A stretch of DNA of 64,000 nt from Hormiphora californensis (taxonomy: Eukaryota > Animalia > Ctenophora), in contig CM035352.1 in the NCBI GenBank assembly GCA_020137815.1, positions 2,418,001 to 2,482,000 on the forward strand, read 5' to 3'. The translations under genes and the position numbers were made by a program. The notes under the pieces are model-generated. The model searched no databases. It was not told the DNA's origin and saw nothing but the letters and a program-made list of their open reading frames with translations. Within the stretch, counting starts at the first letter, position 1. The number at the start of each line of letters is the position of its first letter. Below are positions 50,893 to 64,000 of this stretch, piece by piece.

Positions 50893-53800
50893 ATGAGCAA
50901 TGGTCACTATTTCTACCAGAGCTCTCTATCCCATCTTGTGGAATCCCTAGTCCACCTCCCTGATGTTCCCTGGACCCAAGTATCCAGAGTCCTCCACCTC
51001 TGTCCCCGGGTCGACTCTACCTCCATATCCCTCCGACAGCAGATAGCTGTATGTGCCACTGCTGACTATTATACTAGGTCAGGGGGACGGCATCATGAGC
51101 ATCTTAGTGGGTATCTACTGGGATTACTGAAGAACCTACCTAACCTTGCATGGAACGTGTCTCACAGTCAGGTATGCAATCATTACAAAAAATATTGATA
51201 TCCAAAACACTGAACGATTGTTTTGATAGATGACTGTCAGACCAATGCTCTAATCACTGTTATTGTATGAGAATGCTCTGACAAAGATATGAAGTCAATA
51301 ACATGTACTCTCACCCCATCAGGTGGTACAGAATGGTGAGTATGTGGGGTATACCCTGGCTAAGAAGGTGGGTAGTACAGTCCTGGAGATGAGTACACGT
51401 GATAACACCGTTACCCCTGCTGTTATCTCTGTTGCTCAGCAACTTCTCAGTGTTTACAATTGTACCGAGGTAATGTGTTGGACTGTATATTCTACATATC
51501 TATAGCTACATTTTCATACCACTCTTGATTGAAGACAGATCAGAGTTAGTCTGAAGTGCTTCCTAAAGACATCATAACTACCAGGAAATCCAGCTCATTA
51601 TTTTCTCCCCTCACACCAAACCCCCACTCCCCAGACTCCCCTCTCTGATCCAAACTCCCACTCCCCAGACTCCCCTCACTGACCCGGACGCCCACCTGAA
51701 CTTTATTGGCCCCACCCTCCTCGGTCTACTGGACGGTATTACTGAACACCTAGCTACCACCAAGTCATCTCTCCTCCTGGAATTTACTGTCAACTGTGTC
51801 TCGAGAATACTACAGGTGAAGATTCTAAATTCTTGATAGTGCAAGTGATACATAAAATTTTTCTAATTTCCATGATTTGATTTGATCATTGTTCGACTGT
51901 TTTCAATATCCGTTACATATGGTTACAGGTTGATAGTTTCTCGGGGATGTGTGAGAGGTGGTCAGGTCTAGTTGATCAACCTCCAACTGCTCACTCTATG
52001 ACATCATTCCCTTACCAGCTTCTAACAACCCTTGTAAAACAACTCAGGTAAGCAAAGTGCTTATTCCAATTTTTGCATAGAGTACTAGAGTTGTTTGGCG
52101 ACCAGTTGTTAGACCCTTTTTACACTATTTCATATTTAACAGGATGCAAATGGAGTCGGTTAGCGAGGATCAGGATCGAGTTGAGGATTTGTTTAAATCC
52201 TTCCAGCGATTCATCGAGGCAGTGAACTCCAAACTCTACCCCAAAAGTAAACCACCCAACTCGGTGACCCGGTCTACTCACGTCACCTCGGATAGCATCA
52301 AAGCGTTATGTGAGTGTCTTGATGTTACTACCCTGCTGGCAGGAGAGAACTGTGTGTTCCAACACTACCAAAGTCTCAATACTATATTCAACACTACTGT
52401 GGCCCTCAAAACACCTGACTTGTTTAGAGTGCCACTTCAGGTTAGTTGCTGGATGCTGGCAAGGGACTTGCTGGCGAGACGCCATATTTTAGCAATTTAG
52501 TAACCTAATTTGATTGACTAATTGGTTAATTGATTGAGAGACTTGGACTAAGTAGTTTCAACTATTTAGAATGACCTGACATTATCCTCTTCCTGTAGGT
52601 GTGTTGTGTCAGAAACATTGGGGAACTAACAGTTCGGTTCCCGTTGTTCGCTGAGGATGCTATAGAGATATACAAACAGACCCTGTTTGGACCGAGCCCC
52701 AACCTAGCCCAACTCCATGTGGCCAGTTGTATGGATAGCGTGCCATCACGGGGAGAGATGTACAAGCAGGGCACTGAGTTCCAGGTATTTGTCACATTTC
52801 ATTTGGAAGGTGATGGAAATACTCATTTCATACACATTTGGAGGGTGAAATTTCTCCATGATCTGATAGCGTGTTACAGGTAGAGAATGTGTTTGTTTGT
52901 CAGTATGGTCTGATGAGTTAGTAGTTACCCGGATAAATCTGAGAGAGAGATGATTATGTGTGAGAGAAGTGATATATCTTCTAGAACAAGTTTGTAACGA
53001 CCCAGCGAGAGAGAGAGAGAGATAATGTATCACATGTGTACCTGGTTTCCGGTTCATATCAACATCAACCCAGTAAACACACACATACAATCACACACAC
53101 TCAAAGATTTGGCATGGGGAATCCTGGGATAAGACATATAGTTATTGTTTTTCCAACCCTATTTATCAACACATCCTTTAGCGGACCTCATACGTAAGAC
53201 GGAGTAACAGACCACGTCCTGAGAACCCCTACAAGACCCAGTTGGCTACCCTCAGAAAGGCTATAATTTCCAGTCTTATTGCAGTGCTCTCAGCAGTTCA
53301 CCCCTCCAACCCTCAAACATGTCAGGGCTTTGTCGGGACTGCTTCCAACCAACTTGTAACTGGAGGTATGTGGTGGGAGTCAGCGCTTGATATGGGGTGG
53401 CCTGAGAGAACTATATTTATTTGAATTATCCATCATCATCATGTATGACTGTGAAAATTAAGCTTGATTCCAGTTCAGTATATTATTCAGGGGGCCAAGA
53501 CAGCCAGATGGTTGTGTCTACCAATGCAGTGAGCGTCCTGGGTGCCATAGCAACCAACCTCTCAGATATTGAGGTAATATAGGACTCAGAATTAAATACT
53601 GAAGTTAGACATTTAGCCTCATAACCCCAGTATAATCCCATTGGAATGAGATTATGACACATAAATGTGTGCTAATCCCTCCCTCTCTCTCTCCCTCTCC
53701 CACAGATAGTTAAAATGGTGATCCAGATATTCAGGCACAAGGTGTGCAACCCACCCTCCTACCTAGACACCCAAATGATAAAACAGCTGGGAGAGATAAT

Positions 53801-56800
53801 GGTTAGTGGAGGGGACGAGGTCTTCACTGAGGTTCGCAATCTATTCATGCAGATATCCAGCAAGGCCTTCCCTGATTCAAAAGGTGTCAAGGTAAGACTA
53901 ACTGATCAATACAGATGTTGCTAATGTTGCGAGTAGACAGAGTTTTGACTGTTTCATTTTCGTGCACATTATTGTGTAATGTTTTCCAAAGTAACTAATC
54001 CTTATTAGCCGACCCAGCCCTGTCCCCTGATATGCATATCTGCCACTACTGACACAACCGACACTGACAGTGACTACTCAACCTCAACCCGCCCCCGACT
54101 ACGTAGCCTTGTTAGCACTGCAAACCTGTACAAACGACGGTCATCATTCTTTGCACGACGCACCCGTTCAGAGGTTAGACTGAGAATAGCACAACAACTT
54201 TGTCTCTCTCATGTGTTACATAGAGACTGACAGGTCGACAGGATAAAACTTCTACTTTTGGATGAGTGTAAACAGGGCTATCACTAGTTTTGGGGCGTCC
54301 CTTGTAATGAAAGGACCCTCGAGTTGGCGCGCACGTGCTTATAAAATGGCGCGTGCGGTAGAATATTGCACACCTTGCAATAATACTCTGCCAGAGTAAA
54401 TTACACTGGCTAGAAAAATGAGAGACTGACAGAAATCAGAATCAAACTACTACTAGGGAATGCTGAACAGACTACCGACGGGTTGTGGCAGGAGAAGTGT
54501 TTTCAGCCGATCAGACATGAGACTTGACCAACTGACCATACCACGACGAAAGGTACTGACACATCGAATTACTTCAATTTAACTCTGCTCTCTCCTCTGT
54601 AACTCTCTAAATCCCGGTATTTCACTCGGCCTAATTTTAGTCTCAGGGCGGCAGGTTTTCCTCCCTAAAACGTAGCCTAACGGAGCTGGCACAGGATACC
54701 CGCCCTATCCCTGAACTTCCCATCCCACCTGCCCCTCGCCTGCCTCTAGTAGTTAGATTTCTAGAGGAGGGGGAGGATGGAGATGATGCGTTCGTGAGTT
54801 TGTGTATAGAGTGTACAATTGTGTAGAGGGTGTATAACAATGTGGAGAGTGGCTGGATAGTGTATTGAACAATACCAGATGTTCTGACTGGGTGTACAGA
54901 CTGGTTGTTACTGTGTCCGATGGGCAATGTCTGCTGGGGTCCGTCTGCTGCTGTGTAACAGTGTAGTGATGTGAAACCCCCCTCCCTCCCTTCACCAGTT
55001 TGTGAACCATTGACCATCTCCCCCAGTAACATGTGTCTTCGTTCAACCCACCCTCCCCAGCCAATTTTCATCCTCCCCACCGCCCCTAATTTACCCCCTC
55101 CCTCTCCAGGATATAACGGAGCACAACGGTTACCGGCAGTGTTCCTTCACAGTGATCAGGACATTGGAGGACATCTGTGGGAGAATAGAGAATCCTAAGA
55201 GACTTCAAGAAATGTTGGCATGGTTGTTGGAGCTGTTTGTGCAGCGGAGTGTCGAGGTTCAGAAGATATGTGAGAGGGAGAACACCCCACTGAAGGACAA
55301 AGCTGCCAATATAGGTATCGTGGTAGGGGCTACCAAGTCAGCACCGTATGTGAATCTATTAAATTATCGATCTTACCGGTGCTCGAATCAATGCAGTTTT
55401 ACCTGGTTATCAGGGCTTTCAAGACAGATCTGAGGGTTTTTTTAATATAAACCCCATTATACAGGTGTCTTTCTCCCCGTGTTTGATGTGTTGATGAAGC
55501 GGATAGATAAGGTTGAACATGTGACCACGAAACTACAGCGATTATTCAGGGACTTTTGGCAGATCTGCGTTGTCATGAACTTTGTTACCCGTGGTAAGAA
55601 TAACAGTAGGGGTTTCTATAGTTACCGGTTAATGGTTATACATACGGTTATGTAGTATCGGCCGACGTATTCTCGATATTATATTTCGAGTTACTTCCCT
55701 ATTTTTTCCCTCTTTCAAAACACCCACCCTATCTAGGTATAGCGGGACTGGGTCACTGTAATGATGAATGGTATGAGGGTGTTGTAGCTGTGGCCCGGAA
55801 GACCCCCATCATGTCTTCGATGGGGGCAGATACTCATCTACAACATGACTTACAGTACAACTCAGCCTTGAAACACGCAGGTATTATACTTTCATAAATC
55901 CCATTCCATCCCGGTTAATTGGGGTCTGGACCTCCATAAATCAGAGAGGTGGAGAAGAAAATCCGGGTTAGTTCTTCAAGCTGAGTAATGTGTACTCTAT
56001 ATATTCAATATTCTATATTGCAGGAGTGGCAGAGACGGAGTATAGAGATACTATCCATGTCGTGCTACATTCCCAGGATCTTAGTGGTGTAATTGATAGG
56101 TGAGATATCACATTTTACATGACAACTTGAATTTGTGCAGTGACAACTTGAATCATGAAGTCATGATTTGCTGAATATGTTTGTTTCAGGTTGAACTACG
56201 GACAATGTACCTTCTTCCTTTCTGCCTACCACATTGAGCTGATGAGAGTTTACCAGCCTAGTTTCACCTGTTATCATCTTTTTGATTATCTTCAGGTAGA
56301 ATAATTCATGGAATTCAGTTGTCATGGTTACCAATTACCATCGCTGTCTGAGTTCTGAAGTGTTTGTTATCATAACGTATTCAATATTTAGGACAAGGGT
56401 ATCCAGAAAGATAAGTCGGGTATTTACGCCTGTTTTGAGCAGATGTGCACTCAAGTGTTTCAACAGCATATCTCCAATATTTCACTCCAGGTAGGACTAT
56501 TTTAAATCGCGACAATATTTTCGGTGTGGTTAGTTTGACTTGGTAAACATCAATGACAGTAGTTAGTAACCATTACTAACCTATTGGTAACTAACAGAAC
56601 TATATTCCCTCAGTCTCGTGACGAGAACCGGCAGCTACACCTGGTGAACCTAGTCCAGTTCCTGCTGGTCAAGTTTAACCACGTCACTAAGAAGATCAGG
56701 TGGCTGGCTGATAAGTGGTTGAGTATGCTGATCGAGAAGTTCAACCACCTGCTGTGGAGTGAGGGAATTCTCAACTGTCTGGCCCATCTCACTGAGGTAA

Positions 56801-59800
56801 CGTATTGTCCTCATGATCAGGGAGGTGGTTATGGATGTTGACAGGGTAATGGTAATGGTTGCTAGGGCGTTGCTAGGGACTCTAGAACACTCAATCACCC
56901 TATTTCAGGAGCTGAAAAAGGCAGCAAACCGTTCAAACGCGGAGGTAATAAGGGAGGTTGCAGTGCCCTACAAGCCTGGTACTATGATGATCGCTGACGA
57001 GGCTCAGGATAGAAGGGATTATTTGTACCAGTTCTGTCACCGATTCTCCGATATCCTCCAACAGTCCCTCAAGTTTGCACCGCTGGAGAAGTTGGAAATG
57101 GTCCAGGGATTCGCGGAGCAGCTGAAACAAGTTGCAAAAGGTAAGGGGGTGTTTTGTCTTTGTATCGCCATGACAACGATGGTAAGTTGCTATGGTAAAG
57201 ATAGCACGATACTAAGTTCTAAGACTCAATTCCTCCACATAGAGCACAACATAACACTGGACAAGTTGAATGTACAGGAGGAGAGGTTGATGCAACAACA
57301 ACGTTATTATAACACCGCCCAGAATCAGGCAAATCGAAACAAGGTATTGGAAGAAAGTTAGCTATAAGAACTGTCTTGAAAAATGTGTTGAATGGACAGA
57401 GGTACTTCATGAAAGTTAAATAAAAAGTAAAAGTGCTCGACAAAAACATCTCATTTTAAATTTCTATCTCCCCGCCCTATAGTTTTACGGTCACATTGAG
57501 GGTATGAAGAGTTTGGTGCACTTCCAAGGGAAGGATTTCAATTTTGGCACCATGATCTTGGAGAAGATGGACACCATCCTCGGAGAGTGGCGGGATAACC
57601 CCACGGGCGAAGGGAACAAGAACAAAGTGGAGGAGGCCATCCACCACACATCAGCCTTCCTGATTAGCGAGCCTAACCTCAACAGGAAACTGCTCCGTGC
57701 ACTGGCCAGGATTCCTGTTAAGTGTCTTACGACAGAGTCTGTCCGGGTAAGAAATCTTTTTGACTCCTATTTTGGGGCCTTTTTTCGGGGTTATCCTCAG
57801 GTGAAAGTGGTTTTCCTAACTTATATATCTCGTGTATCCAATGTGTATTCTTTCCTCAGATTGCAGCCAACTGCTGGGAGTGGACTGTTGCCCAACGACC
57901 CGAGTTTGAAACTCAGCTGCTAATGGAAATTATCGCAGCATGGCGGTGGACTGTCAATGCCAGAGTGGGACTATTCGCCCCCACTGTCCTACCTAGCAGG
58001 CCTGTAAACACTGACTCTAAAGTACAGGAGGCCGATAAAGCTCCTGATTGTGAACCTCATAGGATCTGGATCAGGTTCCTTACACAGAGGTTTGAGGTGA
58101 GTGATGTGTGTTCTGTAGTGGCAATGCCACGGCCCCAAAAACTGATGTGGTTTCCTTCTTAATATATAAGATGAATTCCTGTTTTCATTCCTTTTTGAGG
58201 GCCTATAGTACAACTAAACCTTCTAAACCTTCCACCAGGTTATCAAGTATAAATCATCCAGTCAAGTGGAGCTGTTTACCTCTCTCTTCCACTCAACCCT
58301 CCCTCTAACCACCCACCACGGATCAGTTCTCTGCAATCATATCTCTGCGCTGGGTCCCCGGTTTGAGTTCCTCAACCTTGGTCTTCTTCTCCTACAAAAT
58401 GATATAATAAGGTGGCGTGTTAGCACTATTTTGTCTAAACTCTCCCTGTTTTTCTTCGTTGCTGTACGACGCGATCACCCCCCCCCCCCTCACCCCCTAT
58501 TGCACCCCACTATACCCTCTGTACCCAGATCCCCATCGAGTAGTGCAGGGCCATCTAAAGGTGACACCTGGGTTGTCCTGGAAATGTATGACGAGTAAGC
58601 AGCACTTATTGTTCAGTATCATTTGGTTTCTGAAAATTATATATGTCTTGTGCATTTATTGTTTCTGTCTCGTTTGTATTATAATTCTGCCTACATAAGA
58701 TGGTTTTGTTATGTTCTTTCCCCCAAAGATCAATTTGTGTTAATCCCGTTTATCAATTTATGTCAGTATGCAACTCAGTTCAGCAGATTTTATATGTACG
58801 AAAACTTTATGGCTTGTAAATGTTACCTAAATGATGGTCATCTTTCTACCTCACTTCCATTTCTGCCCTCTCTAGCTCAGCAACTTTATTCACTCCACCG
58901 GCCCATTCCGCTCACATTTCAATACCCTATAACGTTACAATCTACTGACCACTACCATTATCCCCACAGTAACGAGCTGAACCAGAGTATACTCCGAGAG
59001 AGGATCTACACTGCCATCCTGGATTATTTCTGTGTGGTAGCCCAGTGGCCAGGCCGGGAGACGCCCGCCCAGGTCTTGGAGAATGTCGAGACTCTCAACA
59101 AATTCTGGGACACCCTCTTCCATGTAAGTCATGGAGTCGTGTAGACCTTTTGTCACCATGGGAACATGATACAGGGCTAGCGCTTTTGTTGTAGCCTCTA
59201 TAGGGATGGCAGGAATACGGATCATTCTATAGTTGATACTTGATAGTAGGAGCTGTTGTTTCTAAAATTTTATTTTCTATTAAACCACACCTCAGTCCTC
59301 ATTTTATGATATTTTCCCCAGGATAAAAAGTATTTGAAGTCGGTCCTGGTCCCCACCACTATTTCTCCAGATTCCGTTCTTCAAGTTGGAAACGGTGAGT
59401 AGAACTGCAACATAGTTTAGCTGAGATAGTCGTCGCCATCATCTCTAACAGCTGCTCAAATACCAGGTGTTGTCAGCTTCCTAGGTGACCCCCCCTCTTT
59501 CCACCCAGGCTACCTTGGTGCGAACATGTTATCTATTGATGGTGGTAATAGTCCCTCCATGAGATCCAGGAGTCTGAGCGTGGAACGGAGCAAGGCTAAC
59601 AGTGTTGCGATGAAGAAAAATAGCAAGGTAACTACTAATTACGGAATTACCCTAAACCTAGTTGCTAATTGAGGTCATTAATCAGTCTAACGGGAATTTA
59701 CTAACCGTCATATACTAGCATTATTATACGACGCTTCAGGCCGCTGGCCGTGTATTGAACAACCACTAAAATAATGCATTCAATGCATTAACTAATTCCC

Positions 59801-62800
59801 ACTAAAAAGAGTGTGAATGTGTGTTAGAACGTTACCAGTTACAGGAGGGGAACACTGCGGGAGGTCCCGTTCTGACTCCCATCGTGGCCAGCACAACCAC
59901 ACCGTCCCAAAACGTGAAGGATCGATCTAACAGTATTGTACTGGGGTTAGCCCATACCATGGTCTTCCCGAGCAGCGCTGTCCGGAGAGCTAGCAGTCTG
60001 AAAACGAGTGTGGTGTACTCAAGTGTAAGATCTGACGTGTGTGGTCTCTTCTTGGTGAATTGTGTGTGCGAGGGAGGAGAGAGAAGGGGAGAGAGAAGGG
60101 GAGAAAGAGAAAGAGAATGAGAAAGAGAAAGAGAAAGAGAAAGAGAAAGAGAAAGAGAAAGAGAAAGAGAAAGAGAAAGAGAAAGAGAAAGAGAAGAGAA
60201 TGAGAAAGAGTCGATGTGTCTGTTTGACTGTGTGTGCATGTTGGTATATTTTGGTTTTGAACTTGCTTGAATGCGAGACCGGAACTCTCAGTTGATAGGA
60301 TCCCAGTTTTGAATTTTCCCTATCTCTGATCTATCACTACATCTGAACGCATACCTTCCTCATGAACAATAATCAGCATATGATATTCCCAGAGTTTCAC
60401 CCCCTAATACACAATACAGGTGGATACCCCAAAGTTGCTGGCCGTCCCTCAGCACGGCAGGAGTAGGTCCTTGACAAGTCTCCCTGAATGGATCATGGTC
60501 ACACCCGTTCTGTCCACTAAACAGGTCCCCCATCTCTCAGAGCACTTCCTTTCACTCACATACTCTCACACAGAGAGTCATATCTCTCAGAGCCCCCTCC
60601 TACGGCATACACAGAGCCCCGCACAGTTTTATATATACTACTGAACATCGAGAGAATGGGTCAATTCTCTCTTTCTATCCCGTGTACTGAGCTGTGTTTT
60701 ACCTACTCTCTTCAAGCTGTATTTCCAGTTCTCCTCTTTCTCCCCTCCCTCTTCTCTTGAGTCGCCTGTGAGTATGAACATTGAACAATCCATCTCTTCT
60801 TCTCTACAGTTGACCAGTTCAAAGGACCGTCTGATTGACCGTAGCACTAGCGGCGGTGGTACCGGTTCTGTGAGAGCGGTGTCAGTCAAAACACCGGTGA
60901 GACTCGTGTGTGTGTTACTCGTGTGTGTGTGTGTGCGTGTAACTAATTGATGGGTGATTAGTTATTCCGTGTTTTGATCATTCATGTCAGATCTGGTGAT
61001 TTTAATTTAAATGTGAAACTTTATGTCACAATTTACATGTCACAATTTACATGTCACAATTTACATGTACATTGTACTCTTGGTTTTCTCCTTTTTATGT
61101 GTGTTTACTGTTTAAACACAGTGATGTCAGAATGACTACGTGAGTGTTTTTGTGTGAGTGGTATCTTTCCCAAGTAACAGCTGATCCTACGAAATCACGA
61201 TATCAACGATACTTCTACAGCACAGATGCCCCAATTTTGTCATCTTTTGTCATCTTTATTTTGTCTTTTATCTTCATATATCTTGATTTCCAACCTTTTA
61301 GAGCCCCAATATGGTCCCAGAGAGAGAAAGAGAGACCCCCTCATAACTTCCAACTCTCCGTCACCAGGGTGTGGACTATAAGAGCAAGTACCACCTGAAA
61401 AAGAGGAACCTCATTCTGTACCTGATAAACCATGAAATTGAGAGACTCTTCACGTGGGCCCAGCCTACCACTGAAAATATACCCAACAGTAAGTAGTACA
61501 TTGATCTGCCGAAACCTCACAGATCGCACTTTTATGATGCAGTGTGAGACTCACGTACATGTAGTACATTGTTAGCCCACTAATGTGTTCTAAAAAAACA
61601 AGTGTCTGTCTGCGCCGATCTGATCTGATTGCAGTGTCGGCGCCAGACAGCCCAGTGCTATGATATGAATTCTAATCGTTGCTAGGCACGGAGTCCCTTT
61701 CAGGTGAAAAGAAAGTCAACTTTGTGTACAAGAACTTTACTGAGCGGACTTGGTCTGATTATATGCACCTAGCGTGGTCCTGTAGCCCAATGATTGCACT
61801 GGCACTGGCCCTTAGAGTCCGATCTTCAGGTATTTGAATTGTGTTACCATGGTTACCATCGCTAGTTTTCCAAAAGTTGGTGGTCACTAACTCATAATGA
61901 CGATAACTTGATCCTCTAACTACTATCACAGATGCTATCGCAAGGACCTTCCGACTATTTATCAAGAGTGCCCCAGTTAATTTCTATAACTCAGTGGAGG
62001 CCATCCCTTTCCTGGCGGGTATTATCAATGTCAAGAATGATCTGCCCCAGCTGGTACACCTATTGGCCTGGCAGCCTGCCTCCCCCTTAGAGGCACTCAC
62101 CTACTTTACCAAAGAATACGATGATGTGAGTTTGGATGGGGGACCCCTCCAGGATATAACGTTGTGGCGAACTTTCATTAGCCCCTTCTCATTTATACTG
62201 ATTCATTGCCTATATGTGGTTCCTTCTAACACCTGACTACTCTAATTATCACCTTATTATCATCCCAGAACCCGATAAGTGGTATGTTTGCACTACAGTC
62301 CATCAAGTCCCATCCCTGTGAGATGTGTCTCTTCCTAGTACCCCAGATTGTACAGGCTATCAGACACGATACGTTCGGATACGTCAAGCAAATCATACGG
62401 TACGGTAGAGAGGGAGAGAGAGAGAGAAAGCGAGGGGAGAGAGAGAATGAGGGAGAGAGATACAGAGTGTGTTCGGTGTACTTTATTTTGGAAAGAAGAG
62501 AGATAAGACTTAAGAGTATAATTCGAGTTTTTATAAAATAATCTCTCCCTTGCTCACAGGTGGATTGCAAGTATTTCTCCTATAGTTACCCACCAGCTCA
62601 TTTGGAACATGAAGGCCAACATGTATCTTGACGAGGAGGCCACCTGCATAGTAAGTGTGGGATGGGGAGGAGATGGAACTTGTATAGTAAGTGTGGGGTG
62701 GAACTTGCATCAGTATTATAGTAAGTGTGTGGTACTGCAGGGTGTAGCTTTTGTTAGGGGGAGTAGTGGGTAGTGGGGAAGTTACGTGGGGAATCCCAGG

Positions 62801-64000
62801 CTGATGGACGGTTGTTCGAGCAGTCCAATCCCTAATTGTTCCCTCTCATCCTTTACTTACAGGATCCATTGATAGGAGAAACACTCGACTCCTTTATTAC
62901 CGAGATATCGAACACCATGAGCGCAGAATACCGGGAGTTTTACAATCGGGAGTTCAACTTCTTCAACACTGTAACAGAGATCAGCTCCATCATAAAGCCG
63001 TTCCCAAAGGGACCTGAGCGGAGGGCAGAGTGTCTTCGTGCCCTGAAGCAGATAACTGTCAATAGGTAACTTTTTAGAGTAGTTGCGCTTTAGGAGAGAT
63101 GTACACACTTATAGAAAGTGGTTTAGATTTATTGAATCTAACTCACTATACTCCTCTAACATTTAGTCTTCCAGGTTCGGCACCTATTTGCCCTCGAACC
63201 CTGATGCAGTCATTGTTGGGATAGACTACACATCGGGTCGACCAATGCAGAGCGCAGCAAAGGCACCGTTCCTGGCTACCTTCAAAGTCAAGTCTTGTGA
63301 GGTATGTGTGAGGTATATCTAGATACTACGTACGTGTGAGGTATAAGACCGGTATTATATCATATCTAGGTGTTGTATGATCTGGCCGTTTCTCTCTAAC
63401 ATACAACCCTGGTTTTGTTAGATACATGACGTCAAACATACAATTGCAGGTGAGTGAGATGCAGAATTATGATATCTCCAAAGCGGATCTAAGTATTGGT
63501 GTGACCAGCAAGTCTTGCATCTTTAAGGAGGGAGATGATCTTCGTCAGGATATTCTTGCCCTCCAGATTATCGAGTTCTTTTCTCGGGTAGGTCCCATTA
63601 TTGGATAATAGAATACTGAAGAATAAATTGTTTATAGCCGATTGTTCATATAATTAGTTTTTATCCTTTTTCAAATCAAATCAAATTAATAATATGGAGA
63701 TGATTTGATCATTTCTCACGTAATCATTGATTCACGTGAGAAAGTAGTACGTTGTTATTGGTTTCTTGTTAATTAATCAGAGTTGTTTAAAAAATCTCTT
63801 CATAACATTCATCACTTTTCCCAGGCTTTCAAATCAGTTAGTTTGGATGTGTTCCTGAAGCCATATCGAGTGGTTGCCACCGCCCCGGGGTCTGGGGTTA
63901 TTGAGGTGGTACCAAACAGTAAAACAAGGGACGAACTGGGCAAGAAAACAGGTAAAATACGGAATTATTATGAGATGAATTTTGCAAGAAAACCAGTATT
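50893..64000 (+). CDS. PI4KA: Phosphatidylinositol 4-kinase alpha (type IIIalpha), many exons, truncated at window end
   Basis: N-terminal [13 protein letters not shown]...RVLHLCP; LLELFVQ; [17 protein letters not shown]; [10 protein letters not shown]; [10 protein letters not shown]; [35 protein letters not shown]; [18 protein letters not shown]; [15 protein letters not shown]. Confidence 0.95.
60118..60195. repeat. (GAAAGA)n hexanucleotide microsatellite
   Basis: Tandem GAGAAA units in a PI4KA intron. Confidence 0.95.

Overview
This is compact, intron-containing animal DNA, not prokaryotic; the gene density, short GT-AG introns, nested genes and splice acceptors just before most start codons resemble a ctenophore-like genome (inference only). 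In order: a calmodulin-like gene (-); a tight + strand run of RFWD3, MTG2/Obg GTPase, an AT-hook-bearing PARP2-like gene, ANKRD40 and a 15-kb virilizer/VIRMA gene; a large unnamed disordered scaffold gene (-); orphan 3' exons (-); an intronless 7TM GPCR (-); a 2.7-kb complex tandem array; then a second + strand run of TRIM37-like, ATE1, DCTN3 and PI4KA (runs off the end). VIRMA introns host an antisense CGRRF1, a same-strand intronless membrane-anchored ORF, a tRNA-Phe and nested foldback/MITE elements. Best leads: two candidate trans-spliced operon-like clusters; the scaffold combining a neurabin-type PP1 motif, LD motifs and a PDZ ligand; a tandem RFX X-box array; the AT-hook PARP; and phase-symmetric phospho-motif-rich cassette exons in PI4KA. 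Gene identities come from recalled family motifs, not database searches, and exon boundaries were read by eye.
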